Assembly (NCBI RefSeq): GCF_006345805.1
Contig: NC_043000.1
Coordinates: 47,678,001-47,742,000, forward strand
Reading direction: 5' to 3'
Source: Octopus sinensis
Lineage: Eukaryota
Length of the DNA: 64,000 nt
Numbering within the stretch: the first letter of the stretch is position 1; the number at the start of each line of letters is the position of its first letter. The position numbers and the translations under genes are program-made. A model generated the notes under the pieces. That model had not been told where the DNA came from and made no database searches. It saw nothing but the letters and a program-made list of their open reading frames with translations. Positions 11,580 to 24,495 of the stretch are shown here, piece by piece.

Positions 11580-12260
11580 ATATTGGAGAGAATTTTTTGA
11601 TAAAGTTTAGCTCCATTGTCTTTCGGGATTTGTGGATCATCCTGTGAACATTTGTAAAAGGGAAAGATTTTGAATTTTCAGTCGCTGCATATTTCCAGGT
11701 GCTTGCTTAACGGAATCTTACGTAATTCTTCTTGTCAGATATGCTGCCTGTGGATTCTTGCACGTTGGCAGAGAGAATTATTTGTTTCGCCAATGTAATT
11801 TTCTTTGCAGTTGAGGCAGGTAAAGCAGGATATGAGGATCTGCGTTTTGCAGTTCATATCTGCATTTATTTTGAACGAAAATCCGCTCTTGAATTTTTCC
11901 TTAAGTGTCCGTAGTTGGATGATGCTCAGTTCCATCGCCTTTAAATTCCCCCATTTCTGCATTGATAGGAAGCCTTTGAGTTAGTTGAGTCGGACTTCAC
12001 GTATTTTGGGGTCACTCACTATAGCACAGATGCGTCTAGCCATGCTGCATGGGATGTTCCTTTTGATGTGTGATGGATGGCAAGAGTAGAAATTTAAACA
12101 TTGGTGTGTCAGGTTTTTTTTTTAGAATATGTCTGTTGCGACTGTGGAATTCTGCATTTTTATGTGGCTACCCAGGAATGGTAATTCATTGCAACTGGAT
12201 TCTGTCGTAAATTTGATTGATGGGTGAAGTGTGTTCAGTAGATTGTTTTATATAAATGAA
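11580..12260 (-). pseudogene. Decayed Penelope-like element (HTH and GIY-YIG fragments, linker deleted)
   Basis: NFYSCHPSHIKRNIPCSMARRICAIVSD; then FKINADMNCKT..CLNCKENYIGETNNSLCQRARIHRQHI; KFKIFPFYKC; internal stops. Confidence 0.85.
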
Positions 12261-12498
12261 CAACCTGTTTCCACATCACAATTTTATTTGACAAGTTCGA
12301 AAAACCAACGAACGCGCTAATAATGATCAATTAATAAATAATTTTTTCCCATAATTCTGGCGGCCTCCTTTTTTCTCAATATACAATATTTATACACCAC
12401 TTCTAACACTCTACACACACACACACACACACGCGCACACACACACTCTCACACACACACACACGCACACACACTCACACACACATATATATATATAT

Positions 12499-12544
<46 letters not shown>

Positions 12545-12639
12545 ATGTATATATATATATATACGTACGTACATACATATATTTATACATAATACACACA
12601 TACTTACATACATAGGTGTACGCATGATGTGTCTTTATG

Positions 12640-12797
12640 TTTTTGTTTGTCCCCTAACACTGCTTGACAACCGATGGTTGTTTGTTTACATCCTCGTAAC
12701 TTAGCGGCTCGGCAAAGAAAGGACTGAGAGTATAAGTACTGGGGTCGTTGTGTTGGACGAAACCCATCAAGACGGTGCCTCAGCATGGCCGCAGCCT
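12640..12797 (+). mobile_element. SINE family A, tail fragment
   Basis: cttgacaaccgat..gtaacttagcgg..cagcatggccgcag. Confidence 0.75.
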
Positions 12798-13009
12798 AAT
12801 GCTAAAGCAATCTTTAAAAAGATAAATAAACGAGAAACATATTTTCACAAGAGTTGAAAATTAAGAGAATTGCTACTAAATATGAAGGAAATGAGAATGC
12901 TATATGAAGATATTTAGCCAAGCATTTGTTACTTGCTATGAAGTTTAGTGTTGTCTCTAAAATTTCCACAGACAACAATGAGAATCTTAAAGAAGCCTCT
13001 CGTGTATAA

Positions 13010-13026
13010 ATGTGTGTGTGTGTGTG

Positions 13027-13117
<91 letters not shown>
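13010..13117 (+). repeat. (GT)n microsatellite followed by a SINE A tail remnant (to ~13270)
   Basis: Direct inspection. Confidence 0.9.
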
Positions 13118-13120
<3 letters not shown>

Positions 13121-13403
13121 CGTGCGTGTTTGCATTGTGTTTGTCTTCCACTAACGTTTGACAACCAGTACCGGCTTGTTTACGTTCACATAATGTAACG
13201 GTTCAGCAAAAGAAAGCGATAGAATAAGCACCAGGCTTTAACAAATAAGTACAGGGAGTGATTTGTTCGATGAAACTCTTGAATGGTTCCTTTTTTCTAA
13301 AGCCTGTTACTTTTTCTATTGTTCCAATGACCGAAGCAAACGAAAGGAATTTCTACGGCCTTATATACCCGGGGCTAAGAATCTTTTGCGTAAATACCTA
13401 CCT

Positions 13404-13912
13404 TCTTTTCTTTTCTACACTAGGCATAAGGCCCGAAATTTTGGGGGAGGGGAGGCCAGTGGATTAGATCGACCCCAGTACGCAACTGGTACTTAATTTA
13501 TCGATCCCGAAAAGATGAAAGGCAAAGTCGACCCCAGCAGAATTTGAACACAGAACGTAAAGACAGAAGAAATACCTATTTATTTACTACCCACAAGGAG
13601 CTAAACACAGAGAGGACAAACAAGGACAGACAAACGGATTAAGTCTAGTATATCGACCTCACTGCGTAACTGGTACTTAATTTAGCGACCCCGAAAGGAT
13701 GAAAGGTAAAGTCGACCTCGGCGGAATTTGAACTCAGAACGTAGCAGCAGACGAAATACCTATTTCTTTACTATCCACAAGGGGCTAAGCACAGAGAGGA
13801 CAAACAAGGATAGACAAACGGATTAAGTTTATTATATCGACCCCAGTGCGTAACTAGTACTTAATTTATCGACCCCGAAAGGATGAAAGGCAACGATTTT
13901 GCCAGCTCGCCG
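13404..13912 (-). mobile_element. SINE family B, trimeric copy with a head-proximal deletion
   Basis: Three tandem units; head gccagctcgccg joined through a deletion at ~13892. Confidence 0.88.
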
Positions 13913-14555
13913 ACCTTCTTGAACTTCGTCCTGGAGCGAAGATGAAAAAAATAAAAGCACTAGCTTCGAAGTGTTTTACCAATATATGCTTTATAAATGT
14001 ATGTTTAATATGTGTGCGTATGTGACAATGTATGCGTTTGCGCATATATGCACATGTATAAATGCATGCATATATAAATTTACATACAAGTGTGCACTTG
14101 TATATGTATATACAGGTGTGTGTACATAAAAGTGTGCATGTTGATATATATGTCTCTGCATGGGCGCACACAAAATGCACAAGTACACATGCGCACACAC
14201 ATTCATTGTTTGTAATATTAATTTCTTTTTTAATTAATTAAAAGTATTACTTTACTACATCACTTAAATAACAAAGCAATTTCATGAGGAATGCTATTAA
14301 AGGGACTTCGCTCGTATGAAATTTAGAATATTTCCACGTTTAGAATATTTCCAGAACAAGAAATAAAATCAAAAACGTGAGCTTGAAGCAGCTGTTTTAG
14401 CACGTTTCGCACACGAAAGCGTTTTAAGAATTTACTACAAACTTCCATTCCATATTTCAAAAGAAAAGCACGCTCAGATTACCGACTGATTATTGGAAAC
14501 GATAAACTCTGAGTACGGGAAATGAGAGCCTTTCAGTTATAATCTGACCGTCTAA

Positions 14556-14963
14556 GGGTGGCGAGCTGGCAGTATCGTTAGCACGCCGGGCGAAATGCGT
14601 AGCCGTATTTCGTCTGCCGTTACGTTCTGAGTTCAAATTCCGCTGAGGTCGACTTTGCCTTTCATCCTTTCGGGGTCGATAAATTAAGTACCAGTTACGA
14701 ACTGGGGTCGATGTAATCGACTTAATCTGTTTGTCCTTGTTTGTCCTCTCTGTGTTTGGCCCCTTGTGGGTAATAAATAAATAGGTATTTCGCCTGCCGT
14801 TACGTTCTGAGTTCAAATTCCGCCGAGGTCGACTTTGCCTTTCATCCTTTCGGGGTCGATTAAATAAGTACCAGTTACGCACTGGGGTCGATGTAATCGA
14901 CTTAATCCGTTTGTCTGTCCTTGTTTGTCCCCTCTATGTTTAGCCCCCTGTGGGTAATAAAAA
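14556..14963 (+). mobile_element. SINE family B, dimeric copy
   Basis: gggtggcgagctggcagtatcgttagcacgccgggc head plus two units. Confidence 0.9.
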
Positions 14964-14972
14964 ATATATAAT

Positions 14973-15372
14973 GTGACTGTATGGTAAGAAGCTTGCTTCC
15001 CAACCACATGGTTCCGGGTTCAGTTCCACTGCGTGGCACCTTGGGCAAGTGTCTTCTATTATAGCCTCGGGCCGACCAAAGTCTTAAGAGTGGATTTGGT
15101 AGACGGAAACTGAAAGAAGACTGTCGTATATGTAATTGTATATAACTATGTGTGTGTTTCTTTCTGTCTGTCTTTGTACTCTCATCACCGATTAACAACC
15201 GGCGTTGGTGTGTTTGCGTTCCTTCAACTCAGTGATTCTGCAAAATAAACCGACAGAATAAATACCACGCTTTAAAGAATAAGTCCTGGGGTCGATTTGT
15301 TCGACTACAACCCTTAAAGTTGTTATGCCAGTGTGGGTGCAGTGAAATAACTGAAAGAAGTCAAAGATAAAA
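14973..15372 (+). mobile_element. SINE family A, near full length
   Basis: A box tggtaag, B box ggttcagttcc, central microsatellite, tail ..gactgaa. Confidence 0.85.
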
Positions 15373-15405
15373 GATATATGTGTGTAAGTGTGTGCGCCTA
15401 TATGC

Positions 15406-15462
<57 letters not shown>

Positions 15463-15652
15463 ATATAAATGGAACAAATACGCAATAGAGAACATTTAAA
15501 CATTCGGACAGATAGCCGATACAAAGACGGATAAGAGAAACAATAATTAGATGGGCAGGTTAAAAAAGACGGTTCGTTCATGAATTTCTTTCCTCGGTCA
15601 AGTTCCAGAAGTCACGACCATTATATTTATGTGTGTGTGGGGGGGGTGTATT

Positions 15653-16003
15653 GCAATATTAAATTTCTGAGCGAAAAGTAAACAGATGCAGCACAGAATC
15701 GTGAAGTATATTTGCCAACTAAATGTGGCGGTCCCATAGAGGACGATGCTACTGTTGCTTTTATCCGAAGCCGGACATCTCCTCCAGCTGGCTACCGACA
15801 TTATGCCTTGTCTGATTAGTATTTGTGAAGGGAAATCCTCGTTCCCATCTGTGATGCACACAGACCCGGGTTTTTGGGTACACACACACACACACATAGC
15901 AATATTAAATCTCTGAGCGAGAAGTAAACAGTAGCAATACGGAACCGTGAAGCATATTTGCCAACTAAATGTGGCAGTCCCATAGAGGACAATGCTACTG
16001 TTG
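15653..16003 (+). repeat. Direct repeat, 2 x ~105 bp (15653-15757 and 15899-16003)
   Basis: gcaatattaaat.tctgagcga.aagtaaacag...ccaactaaatgtggc.gtcccatagaggac.atgctactgttg present twice, period 246. Confidence 0.9.
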
Positions 16004-16473
16004 TAGATATACACAACGGACATCTTTGAGTTTCTGTCTACTAAATCCACTCAAAAAGCTTTGGGTGACCCAGAGCTACAACAGAAGACACTTGCTCAAG
16101 ATGCAGTGCAATGAGACTGAACGCGTAATCTCATGTTGGAGAAACAGTTTTTCAACGACCGCGCATATACCTACTGCCATACCTACGCCAATACCCGCGC
16201 CAGCGTATATATATATATATAAATATGCATACAAATGTATATACAATGCATAAGCATATACACACATGTGAGCGTGTATGTGTCTGTATGTGAGCATACA
16301 TTTATTATATCTATGTATACATATTTATTTTGTATATATTTGTGTGTGTGTACTTGTGTATGTATGTATATATGTATGTATGTATGTATGTATGTACTGT
16401 AGGCCGTGGATGACAAATAATTGAAAGGACAATAAGCAAATGTAGACATACCCATGTGCGTGTGTATGCAAGA

Positions 16474-16516
<43 letters not shown>

Positions 16517-17796
16517 CGTGCATTTGTATAAGTAGGCAAATGCTTTTGTTTTGCAAGCAAATGGAAAAGCACTCAATACCAGAAGTGGAGATTTTACCCG
16601 AGGTTCTGAAACTATTAGCAGTAATTTGTGAAATTTCAGCTGCATAACGAAAACTGTATATATATATATGTACGTACATACTTACGTGTTTGTATGCTTG
16701 TGTAAGTTTCTGTATAAGTGAATGTGTGTGTAACATATGGAAATATACAGAGACATGTGTATCCTAGTACAAATGTATTTCATGTGTATGCCAATTTCCC
16801 TTTTATTATTATTATTTTTTTTTGTCTTCGTTTTCTATTTTTCATACTTATTCTATATATTTTGATTGATCTCCGCTGCAGATTTCTCCTGTTTCCAAGT
16901 ATTTCGATAATGTTTTGAACAATAAACATTGTCGAAACCAGACAACCACAGAAGGAGTTCTCAGGCGTTCGTTGACTCTAAAAACATTGATTTCTAATGT
17001 ACAGAAATCTATAGCCTTTTTACGCTTTAACAGAATTGTATCGAATCAAATGGAATTTTTTTAGTTTCTGTTTTTTTTTATCATTTCAAAACCTTATACC
17101 GCAAAAACCAGAGAACTTCTAGATGGTCGATCGGGTCCTACTAAAAGTAATAGTCTAATCTCCCATAAATCACATCTTACCTTCTTAAAAAAATAAAATA
17201 AGATAAAAGCAGAAAGGATATACGAGATAATGAGATTAGGAAATAATACCGAATGACTATGTTTGGAATATTCATTGATCAGGGTTGACCACAGGTATGC
17301 TCAACGATTGAGATTGATCTGCGGTTGAACTAAAAGAAACACCGTTATTTTATTATTATTATTTTTTTTTAATAATCCAATATTATGTGAGATTTCTGTG
17401 AGGTTTATTCTATTTTATATTTTAGTTCCTTTGCTGGTTTCCTTCATTGAACTTTCGCTATGATAAAACATCTTCCCGATTATCGTCGATTTCGATTATA
17501 TCGAATCCAGTTCGTAACTTGCGTTCATTTTTTTTTTTTTATATAATTTTCAAAAAATAACAAAAGCAAAGTCGATTTGCGCAGAGTTTGAACTCAAAAT
17601 TTCTTTTAGATGTAAACAAAATCTCTAAAGTATTTTGCCTGACAATTTACTGTTTCTGCCAATTTTCATGCATCATCAGATACCAACGAACAATTCCTTG
17701 CTGGCTTTGTTCACAAGTGCTATGTGGTTGTGTTGTGATGGCAATTTTCAGCGAAGTACAACGAAAGTGGTTTTCGTGGCCTTTCTTCGAATAAAC

Positions 17797-17890
17797 CTGG
17801 CTGTGCGTTAAGAAGTGTGTTACCCGACCACATGGTTCTGGGTTCAGTCCTACTGCACGGTACTTTGGACAAGTGCTTTTTGCTATAGCC
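17797..17890 (+). mobile_element. SINE family A, head fragment
   Basis: ggctgtgcgttaagaag..ccacatggttctgggttcagtcc. Confidence 0.75.
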
Positions 17891-18240
17891 TGAAAATGAA
17901 AGAAATCCTTCGTGTATGTGTGTATGTAAACGTATATATATAAATTAGAGAAAAACCACTATTATGCAAATAAAAAATAAGATTTTTTTTTTAAACATAT
18001 AACTAGATTACAAAGAGTATCAAAATTAATAATCAATATATATTGTTTAAATTGCATAATAGTGATTTTTCTCTAATTTATATATTATATTATATTGTGA
18101 AATTTTATTTAATACTAAATTGAATTTTTCCCTGTAAGTTTGGAGTTATACTTCCTATAATAATAATTATTATTATTATTATTATATTATTATTATTATT
18201 ATTGTTGCTGTTGTTGTTGTTTTTATTGTTGTTGTTGTTG

Positions 18241-18284
<44 letters not shown>

Positions 18285-18286
<2 letters not shown>

Positions 18287-18643
18287 TCTTTTACTTGTTT
18301 CAGTCATTTGACTGCGGCCATACTGGAGCACCGCCTTTAGTCGAGCAAATCGACCCCAGGACTTATTCTTTGTAAGCCCAGTACTTATTCAATTGGTCAT
18401 TTTTGCCGAACCGCTAAGTGACGGCGACGTAAACACACCAGCAGCGGTTGTCAAGCAATGCTAGGGGGACAAACACAGACACACAAACATACGCACACAG
18501 TTTCCGTCCACCAAATCCACTCACAAGGCTTTGGTCGGCCCGAGGCTATAGTAGAAGACACTTGCCTAAGATGCCACGCAGTGGGACTGAACCCGGAACC
18601 ATGTGGTAAGCAACCTACTTACCGCACAGCCACTCCTGCGCCT
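18285..18643 (-). mobile_element. SINE family A
   Basis: Reverse-strand head and tail both present; internal microsatellite region shortened. Confidence 0.88.
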
Positions 18644-18649
18644 TATATA

Positions 18650-18686
<37 letters not shown>

Positions 18687-18689
18687 CCT

Positions 18690-18888
18690 CGTGAGTACCG
18701 CTGGCGATTTTTTTCCTCTGTCTTCCCTTCTCGGTATCTTTCCTTCTCCTATGTTTCCGACGAAGAGCTCCACTCGAAACGTTAAACCCTCCTTCTTCCC
18801 TTCTTTTCTGAGTGTCCAATAATACTTTATTTGTTCCACGTCCTCGCGTTGTTGTGTTGTTTTTTTTTGTGTTTTCTTGTCTGGATTA

Positions 18889-18895
<7 letters not shown>
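18690..18895 (+). mobile_element. PLE terminal-repeat fragment with hammerhead-like core
   Basis: ccgacgaagagctccactcgaaacgtt at 18757-18783; reverse complement of 10230-10420. Confidence 0.65.
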
Positions 18896-18930
<35 letters not shown>

Positions 18931-19197
18931 CAAAATATTTTATTTGCTGGGTATAGACGACATCTTCATATCGATCTGGACACGCGAACCGTAAAGAGAC
19001 AAGCAGTCACTGCTAACCATTTTATCCAACTTTCTTCTTACTTCACCGCATTTTATTTCATCGACCTCAAAAGGAAAGATGGCTAGGATAACTTTAATGG
19101 AATTTGAACTCAGATCGTAAAATGTCGGGACATGTAAGTGCATATTTAATTCCTCCTAACTCTCGAATGATTCTACTAACATTTTGAAAATGATCGT

Positions 19198-19410
19198 AGG
19201 CGATGAGCTGGCATAATCGTTAGCAAGCCAGGCATAATGCTTGGCGGCATTTCACCCGTCTTTACCTTCTGAGTTCAAATTCTTCCGAGGTCGACTTTGC
19301 CTTTTAATCCTTTTGGGCCGATAAAATAAGTACTAGTCGAGCACTGGGGTCAATGTATTCGTATTACCTCCTCTTCTTCGAACTTTCTGGACTTGTATCA
19401 AACTTTCGAA
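19198..19410 (+). mobile_element. SINE family B, diverged monomer
   Basis: ggcgatgagctggcataatcgttagc..gttcaaattc..gtcgactttgcc. Confidence 0.8.
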
Positions 19411-19616
19411 TCTATATTTTAAAAGTGATTCCTAAATGCATTTGTTAATTAAGAAAATTTTTATCGAATATACAGAATTCTTCAACCGCATATGTACTAG
19501 TAGTAGTAGTAGACCGTGTATTAGCTATGTTCTTGAAGACCTATGTTCAAAGTAATATCAGTCTTCACCCTTATATATTATTTTTAAATATTGTTTCACT
19601 CTTTCTTTAACTTCAG

Positions 19617-19643
19617 GTACCTTTGGCTATTTTCAGCTAACAG
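19617..19643 (+). CDS. Candidate 27-nt exon of unidentified + strand gene
   Basis: ctctttctttaacttcag| acceptor and CAG|gtagaa donor; symmetrical phase; in frame with neighbours (TFGYFQLT). Confidence 0.25.
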
Positions 19644-20130
19644 GTAGAATAGTCACAGTGAGACTCTTTCTTTGGCACGCTTTTGTTGTCGTGTAACCTG
19701 ATATTAATTCCGATCGAGTAGGCCCATAATCTCAAGTACTTCAGCTGTGACCATCCAGCCTTTTCAGACATCTAGCACTACATTAACAATCACACATTTT
19801 CTGAGGCTTCTTTAAGACAGTTATGTACACTTCAAGCAATATTTGGATGTAATTTCTTGCAACTCGTGTGGCTAGACTGAGATTCATTATAGTCATTAAA
19901 GCTCGTGAAATGGTCAAGGTTCATAATAGCTGTTTAGTCTCATAACAGTGCCCACAGCTTGAAATAGTTGCTTTTGTTATTACGGAATATCAAACTTGAT
20001 TTTGCTAAAACGGATTTTCTAGACAAAAGTCTAAGAATGGCTGAATATCGAAGAACAGTAAAAATTATCTTGACTGAATTTTTAGATAAGGATTCTATAC
20101 ATTTATTCTATAGCTAATTGACCTATTATT

Positions 20131-20558
20131 GGTTCAAATTTTGGCTCAAGTTCAGCAAGTTCGGGGAATGTATAAGTCGATCACATTGACGCCAGTGTTT
20201 AACTAGCTGGTATTTATTTTATTGATCTCGAAAGGATGATAAGCAAAGTCGACCTCGGTGGAATTTGAACATAACATAAATGCAGACGAAACGTGGTTAA
20301 ACATTTTTTTCGGCGTGCGAATGATACTTGTTTCTTGATTGCCCACAAGGGGCAAATCATAGAGGGGACAAACAAGGACAGACAAACGGATTAAGTCGAT
20401 TACATCAACCCCAGTGCATAACTGATACTTAATTTATCGACCCCGAAAGGATGAAAGGCAAAGTCGACCTCGGCGGAATTTGAACTCAGAACATAGCGGC
20501 AGACGAAAAACCACTAAGCATTTCGCCCGCGTGCTAACGATTCTGCCAGCTTACCGCC
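20131..20558 (-). mobile_element. SINE family B, dimeric copy
   Basis: Two units plus head. Confidence 0.88.
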
Positions 20559-21537
20559 TTTATTTGTCCTATTGCTGAGGACATGTAAAGTGTGGTCTTC
20601 GATTTATTGTCGTGAAGGAGTTTGCTGAAAGACAAATTGCAATATTGGAACGACAGTGTCAAGTGAATATCTAGGAGATTTTTGTGATTGTGTTTACAAA
20701 CATATTTTGCAAGTGGTAATGTGAGGTTATAATTTTGAAGTGTTTTACAGAACGTTTTAAAAACATTTCTCTTCCCTTCGATAATTTCTTTCAATGCAGC
20801 GATAAAGACATAGGTATGAATACACATTGTATAGGTACATTTGTATAAATGGATATAGATAGATAGGCAGACAGACAGACAGACAGATAGATACAGAGAG
20901 AGAAAGAGATTGACTGACAGATATACAAATAGACAGATAAACAGGCAGACACACACACACACATACATACATACATACATACATACATGGTTGCTGCCCC
21001 CCCCCCCCGTTATCGAGTATGGCCATTGCACGAAGCTTAATCAATGTTGTTATCATGCAATGCCTGTGCAATAGCATTTTTTGTAAAGTGAGGAAAGGCT
21101 GTGCACTGAGTCAATCCCACTCACTAAGCAACAGCAGCCATACTCCGAAAAGAAGAGCAAGTCAACATCATCGGTAACCACTGAGCCGCAGGTTTTATGT
21201 CAGAGTTATCCCAGTTACCTGAGTTACCTTCTCCTAGAAGGATACCCTAACAAAGGCTAGGAGTCCTTCACTCCCAATGGTTTAATCGCACGATCAGGTA
21301 TTCAGTCCGATTATTTCTATGACCCCGCGCATGATACAGCCTTAAGACATTTATTGGATGGCCGTTGACTCTCAAGAGTTCCTCCGCCTTTTGACGGGTT
21401 TTGTTTTTCATCCCGCAGGGTGTCTAATAAACACCCTCCTCACCAAGCAAGCTTGGTGGGGTTGCCGGTTTAGTCACCGACGACCCGACCATGTAACAGG
21501 TTGTACTGGGTTACATGTTACCAGTAGCACTCGAAAG

Positions 21538-21676
21538 TGACCGACCGACCGACCGACCGACCGTCCGTCCGTCCGTCCGCCCGCCCGTCCGTCCGTCCGT
21601 CCGTCCGTCCGTCCGTCCATCCGTCCATCCATCCATCCATCCATCCATCCATCGATCGATCGATCGATCGATCGAT
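21538..21676 (+). repeat. Graded tetranucleotide array (GACC)n-(GTCC)n-(ATCC)n-(ATCG)n
   Basis: Direct inspection. Confidence 0.95.
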
Positions 21677-21680
21677 TAAT

Positions 21681-21882
21681 TAAGTACCAGTTACGCACTG
21701 GAGTCGATATAATCGACTTAATCCGTTTGTCTGTCCTTGTTTGTCCTCTCTGTGTTTAGCCCCATGTGGGTAGTAAAGAAATAGAAATAGGTATTCGTCT
21801 GTCTTTATGCTCTGAGTTCAAATTCCGCCGAGGTTGACTTTGCCTTTCATCCTTTCAGGGTTGATAAATTAAGTATCAGCTG
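21681..21882 (+). repeat. Left arm of a perfect 202-bp inverted duplication of SINE B sequence
   Basis: Exact reverse complement of 22177-22378, including private variants. Confidence 0.92.
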
Positions 21883-22100
21883 GTTGGGATTTTCCGATTC
21901 CCTTTCATATTACCCTGGATTCAATTGCTGGACCTAGCGATGCGCTTGATCTTTGAGAAGGTACTTCAGTTAAAGTCTCATCTGCCTAGTCAGCTAACTG
22001 TCGGTGCATCTTAGATGTGCTACAAAGTGAAAGAGTGGGAAAACCGAAAAGGTGTCTATAATATAGGCACCTAAAACAATGAGCGAAAGCATGTTACATA

Positions 22101-22500
22101 TTCTTTTCTACTCAAGGCACAAAGCCCGAAATTTTTTGGGGGGTTGGGGGCAGTCGATTAGATCGACCCCAGTACGCAGCTGATACTTAATTTATCAACC
22201 CTGAAAGGATGAAAGGCAAAGTCAACCTCGGCGGAATTTGAACTCAGAGCATAAAGACAGACGAATACCTATTTCTATTTCTTTACTACCCACATGGGGC
22301 TAAACACAGAGAGGACAAACAAGGACAGACAAACGGATTAAGTCGATTATATCGACTCCAGTGCGTAACTGGTACTTATTTAACCGAAGGGATGAAAGGC
22401 AAAGTCAACCTCGGCGGAATTTGAACTCAGCACATAACGGCAGACGAAATACTGCTAAGCATTTCACCCGGCGTGCTAACGATTCTGCCAGCTCGCCGCC
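22101..22500 (-). mobile_element. SINE family B, dimeric copy with ~15-bp TSD
   Basis: Flanks agcatgttacatatt (22088) and agtatgttgcatatt (22505). Confidence 0.9.
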
Positions 22501-23924
22501 GTAAAGTATGTTGCATATTACCAAACCGTATTCATTTACAGGAACAAACAGACAGACAGACTGGTTGACAGACAGACAGATAAATATTCACACTTTTGTC
22601 GCGTCTAAGTCGCAGTGCTATTTTTCGTTTTATGTCTGAGTAGACATGGTTTTATATATATATGCACACACTCACACCAATATACATACATAACATACTT
22701 TCATACGTACATGTGTATGTACATATATATGTGTGTGTGCACAATTATATGTTTGTGCATATATGTGTGTGTATGTGTTTATGTAAGTACTTATGCATGA
22801 TTGTGTTTATGTATGTATTAGCTATCTATTTATGTATATATATATTTATGCACATATTTGTGTATGCACGTATACGCGTGTGTTTTTGTGTTTGGTTATG
22901 TTTATGAAGAGTCTTAGATTCTTTGTATACACAGATGTGTATGAGCGTGTGTCTGTATTTATGTATATACATGTCTTACATTTACAACTGTATTAACATG
23001 ATGTGCGTATGTATATATGTTTGCACGCTTGTTTGTACTATATATTAGTTATTGTTTTTTTTATGTCCAAATATGCGTGTTTAGCTATATATATTGTAAT
23101 ATATTTGTTGGCATTCCGGTAATTTTAATCACCTGATTGATTTGTTGATAAACTATCAAATTATTATTGTAGTAGCTGTAATTTGTTTTTTCTATCAAAT
23201 AATACCTAGACTGACTATGCCCCTCCTTGTATTGTTTCTAATTTCCAATTATTGCTGCCACATCCTCTCTTTCATTTATTTCTTTAGTTAGTTGTATATT
23301 TATATATTTTATAACTCTATGCTGCTTCACTGAGTTTCATTAGGAAAACCGGCCGTGTCATATACTAAATTAATTGTCCCTGCCAATATGCCAAGCATTC
23401 AATACTGTTAATATTAATTTATAAGTTTGGCTGAATATCACAGTTTTGTCAGGAACTGTAATATTTGATTGCATTCACCCCTAATTTATTATTGCCTTCG
23501 ATATGTGCCAACAAGGAAGCTTTTACTTAGTCGGTTTACCTGCTGGTAAAAGAACCAATATCTCCCTCATTCACACATTGTAGTGTTCAAAACGGAATGG
23601 CGACATAAGATATTGTAGTCCTTTAAACTATGTTGGAATGTCAACGACAACAATGAGTTCCTGTAGCTTCCAATTGTTTTTTATTATCAGTATTTTTATG
23701 GTATCCTTCGTCCCTCTTCTATCTCAGGCACGAAGAAAGAATTAAACAGATTATTAAATAAGGAAAAAAATTTTTAATAAAAATCTATATTATTAATTTA
23801 TCAGGCTGACCCACTAGTTACCATCTTATAGGATGGTGCTCATATAAAGATATGGTGGGTAGGAGACAAAAGTCACGCACCAAAACATTTGACATATTTT
23901 ATTTGTATTACGTTAGTATTCGAA

Positions 23925-24180
23925 GGCGCATGGCCTATTGGTAATGGTGTTGATCTCGCGATGTCGTAGTTTCAATTCCTAGACTGGATAATGCGATGTG
24001 GTTTTGAACAAAATACTTCATATCACGTTGCTCTTAGATACCTGACACTTGGTACCCCGTGCACCTGTTTATACAACGTCGATTTGATGGAGTGAGTAAG
24101 CTAATGTGTGGTACGAACATTTGATCACTATAAACGAATCATTTGTGCAGGTCGTTCCGCAAAGCTGAACACTCGCGCAT
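23925..24180 (+). mobile_element. SINE family C-like, diverged
   Basis: gaaggcgcatggcctattgg..gtttcaattcc..tgtggttttgaacaaaatacttcatatcacgttgctc. Confidence 0.7.
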
Positions 24181-24358
24181 CGTTTCCGACAAGAAGGTCC
24201 GTAACATTATTTTTTATTAATCATTCTTTTCAGCTTGTTCATCATGTACAACTATGTGTGTATTCTTCATTAATTTATTCAATTTCAGTAAAACTGGAGT
24301 ATGCCTTTGACAATTTCAGAGCGAATTGAACTTATTTTGTGTATGACATTTGACCCAC

Positions 24359-24495
<137 letters not shown>

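Noticed and set aside
13404-13912. CRISPR-like or satellite array
   Set aside because: The units are tandem SINE B segments without unique spacers, in a eukaryotic context
16882-17064. 60-codon open frame after a ctgcag acceptor
   Set aside because: No convincing donor, and it is not phase-compatible with the + strand exon chain as built
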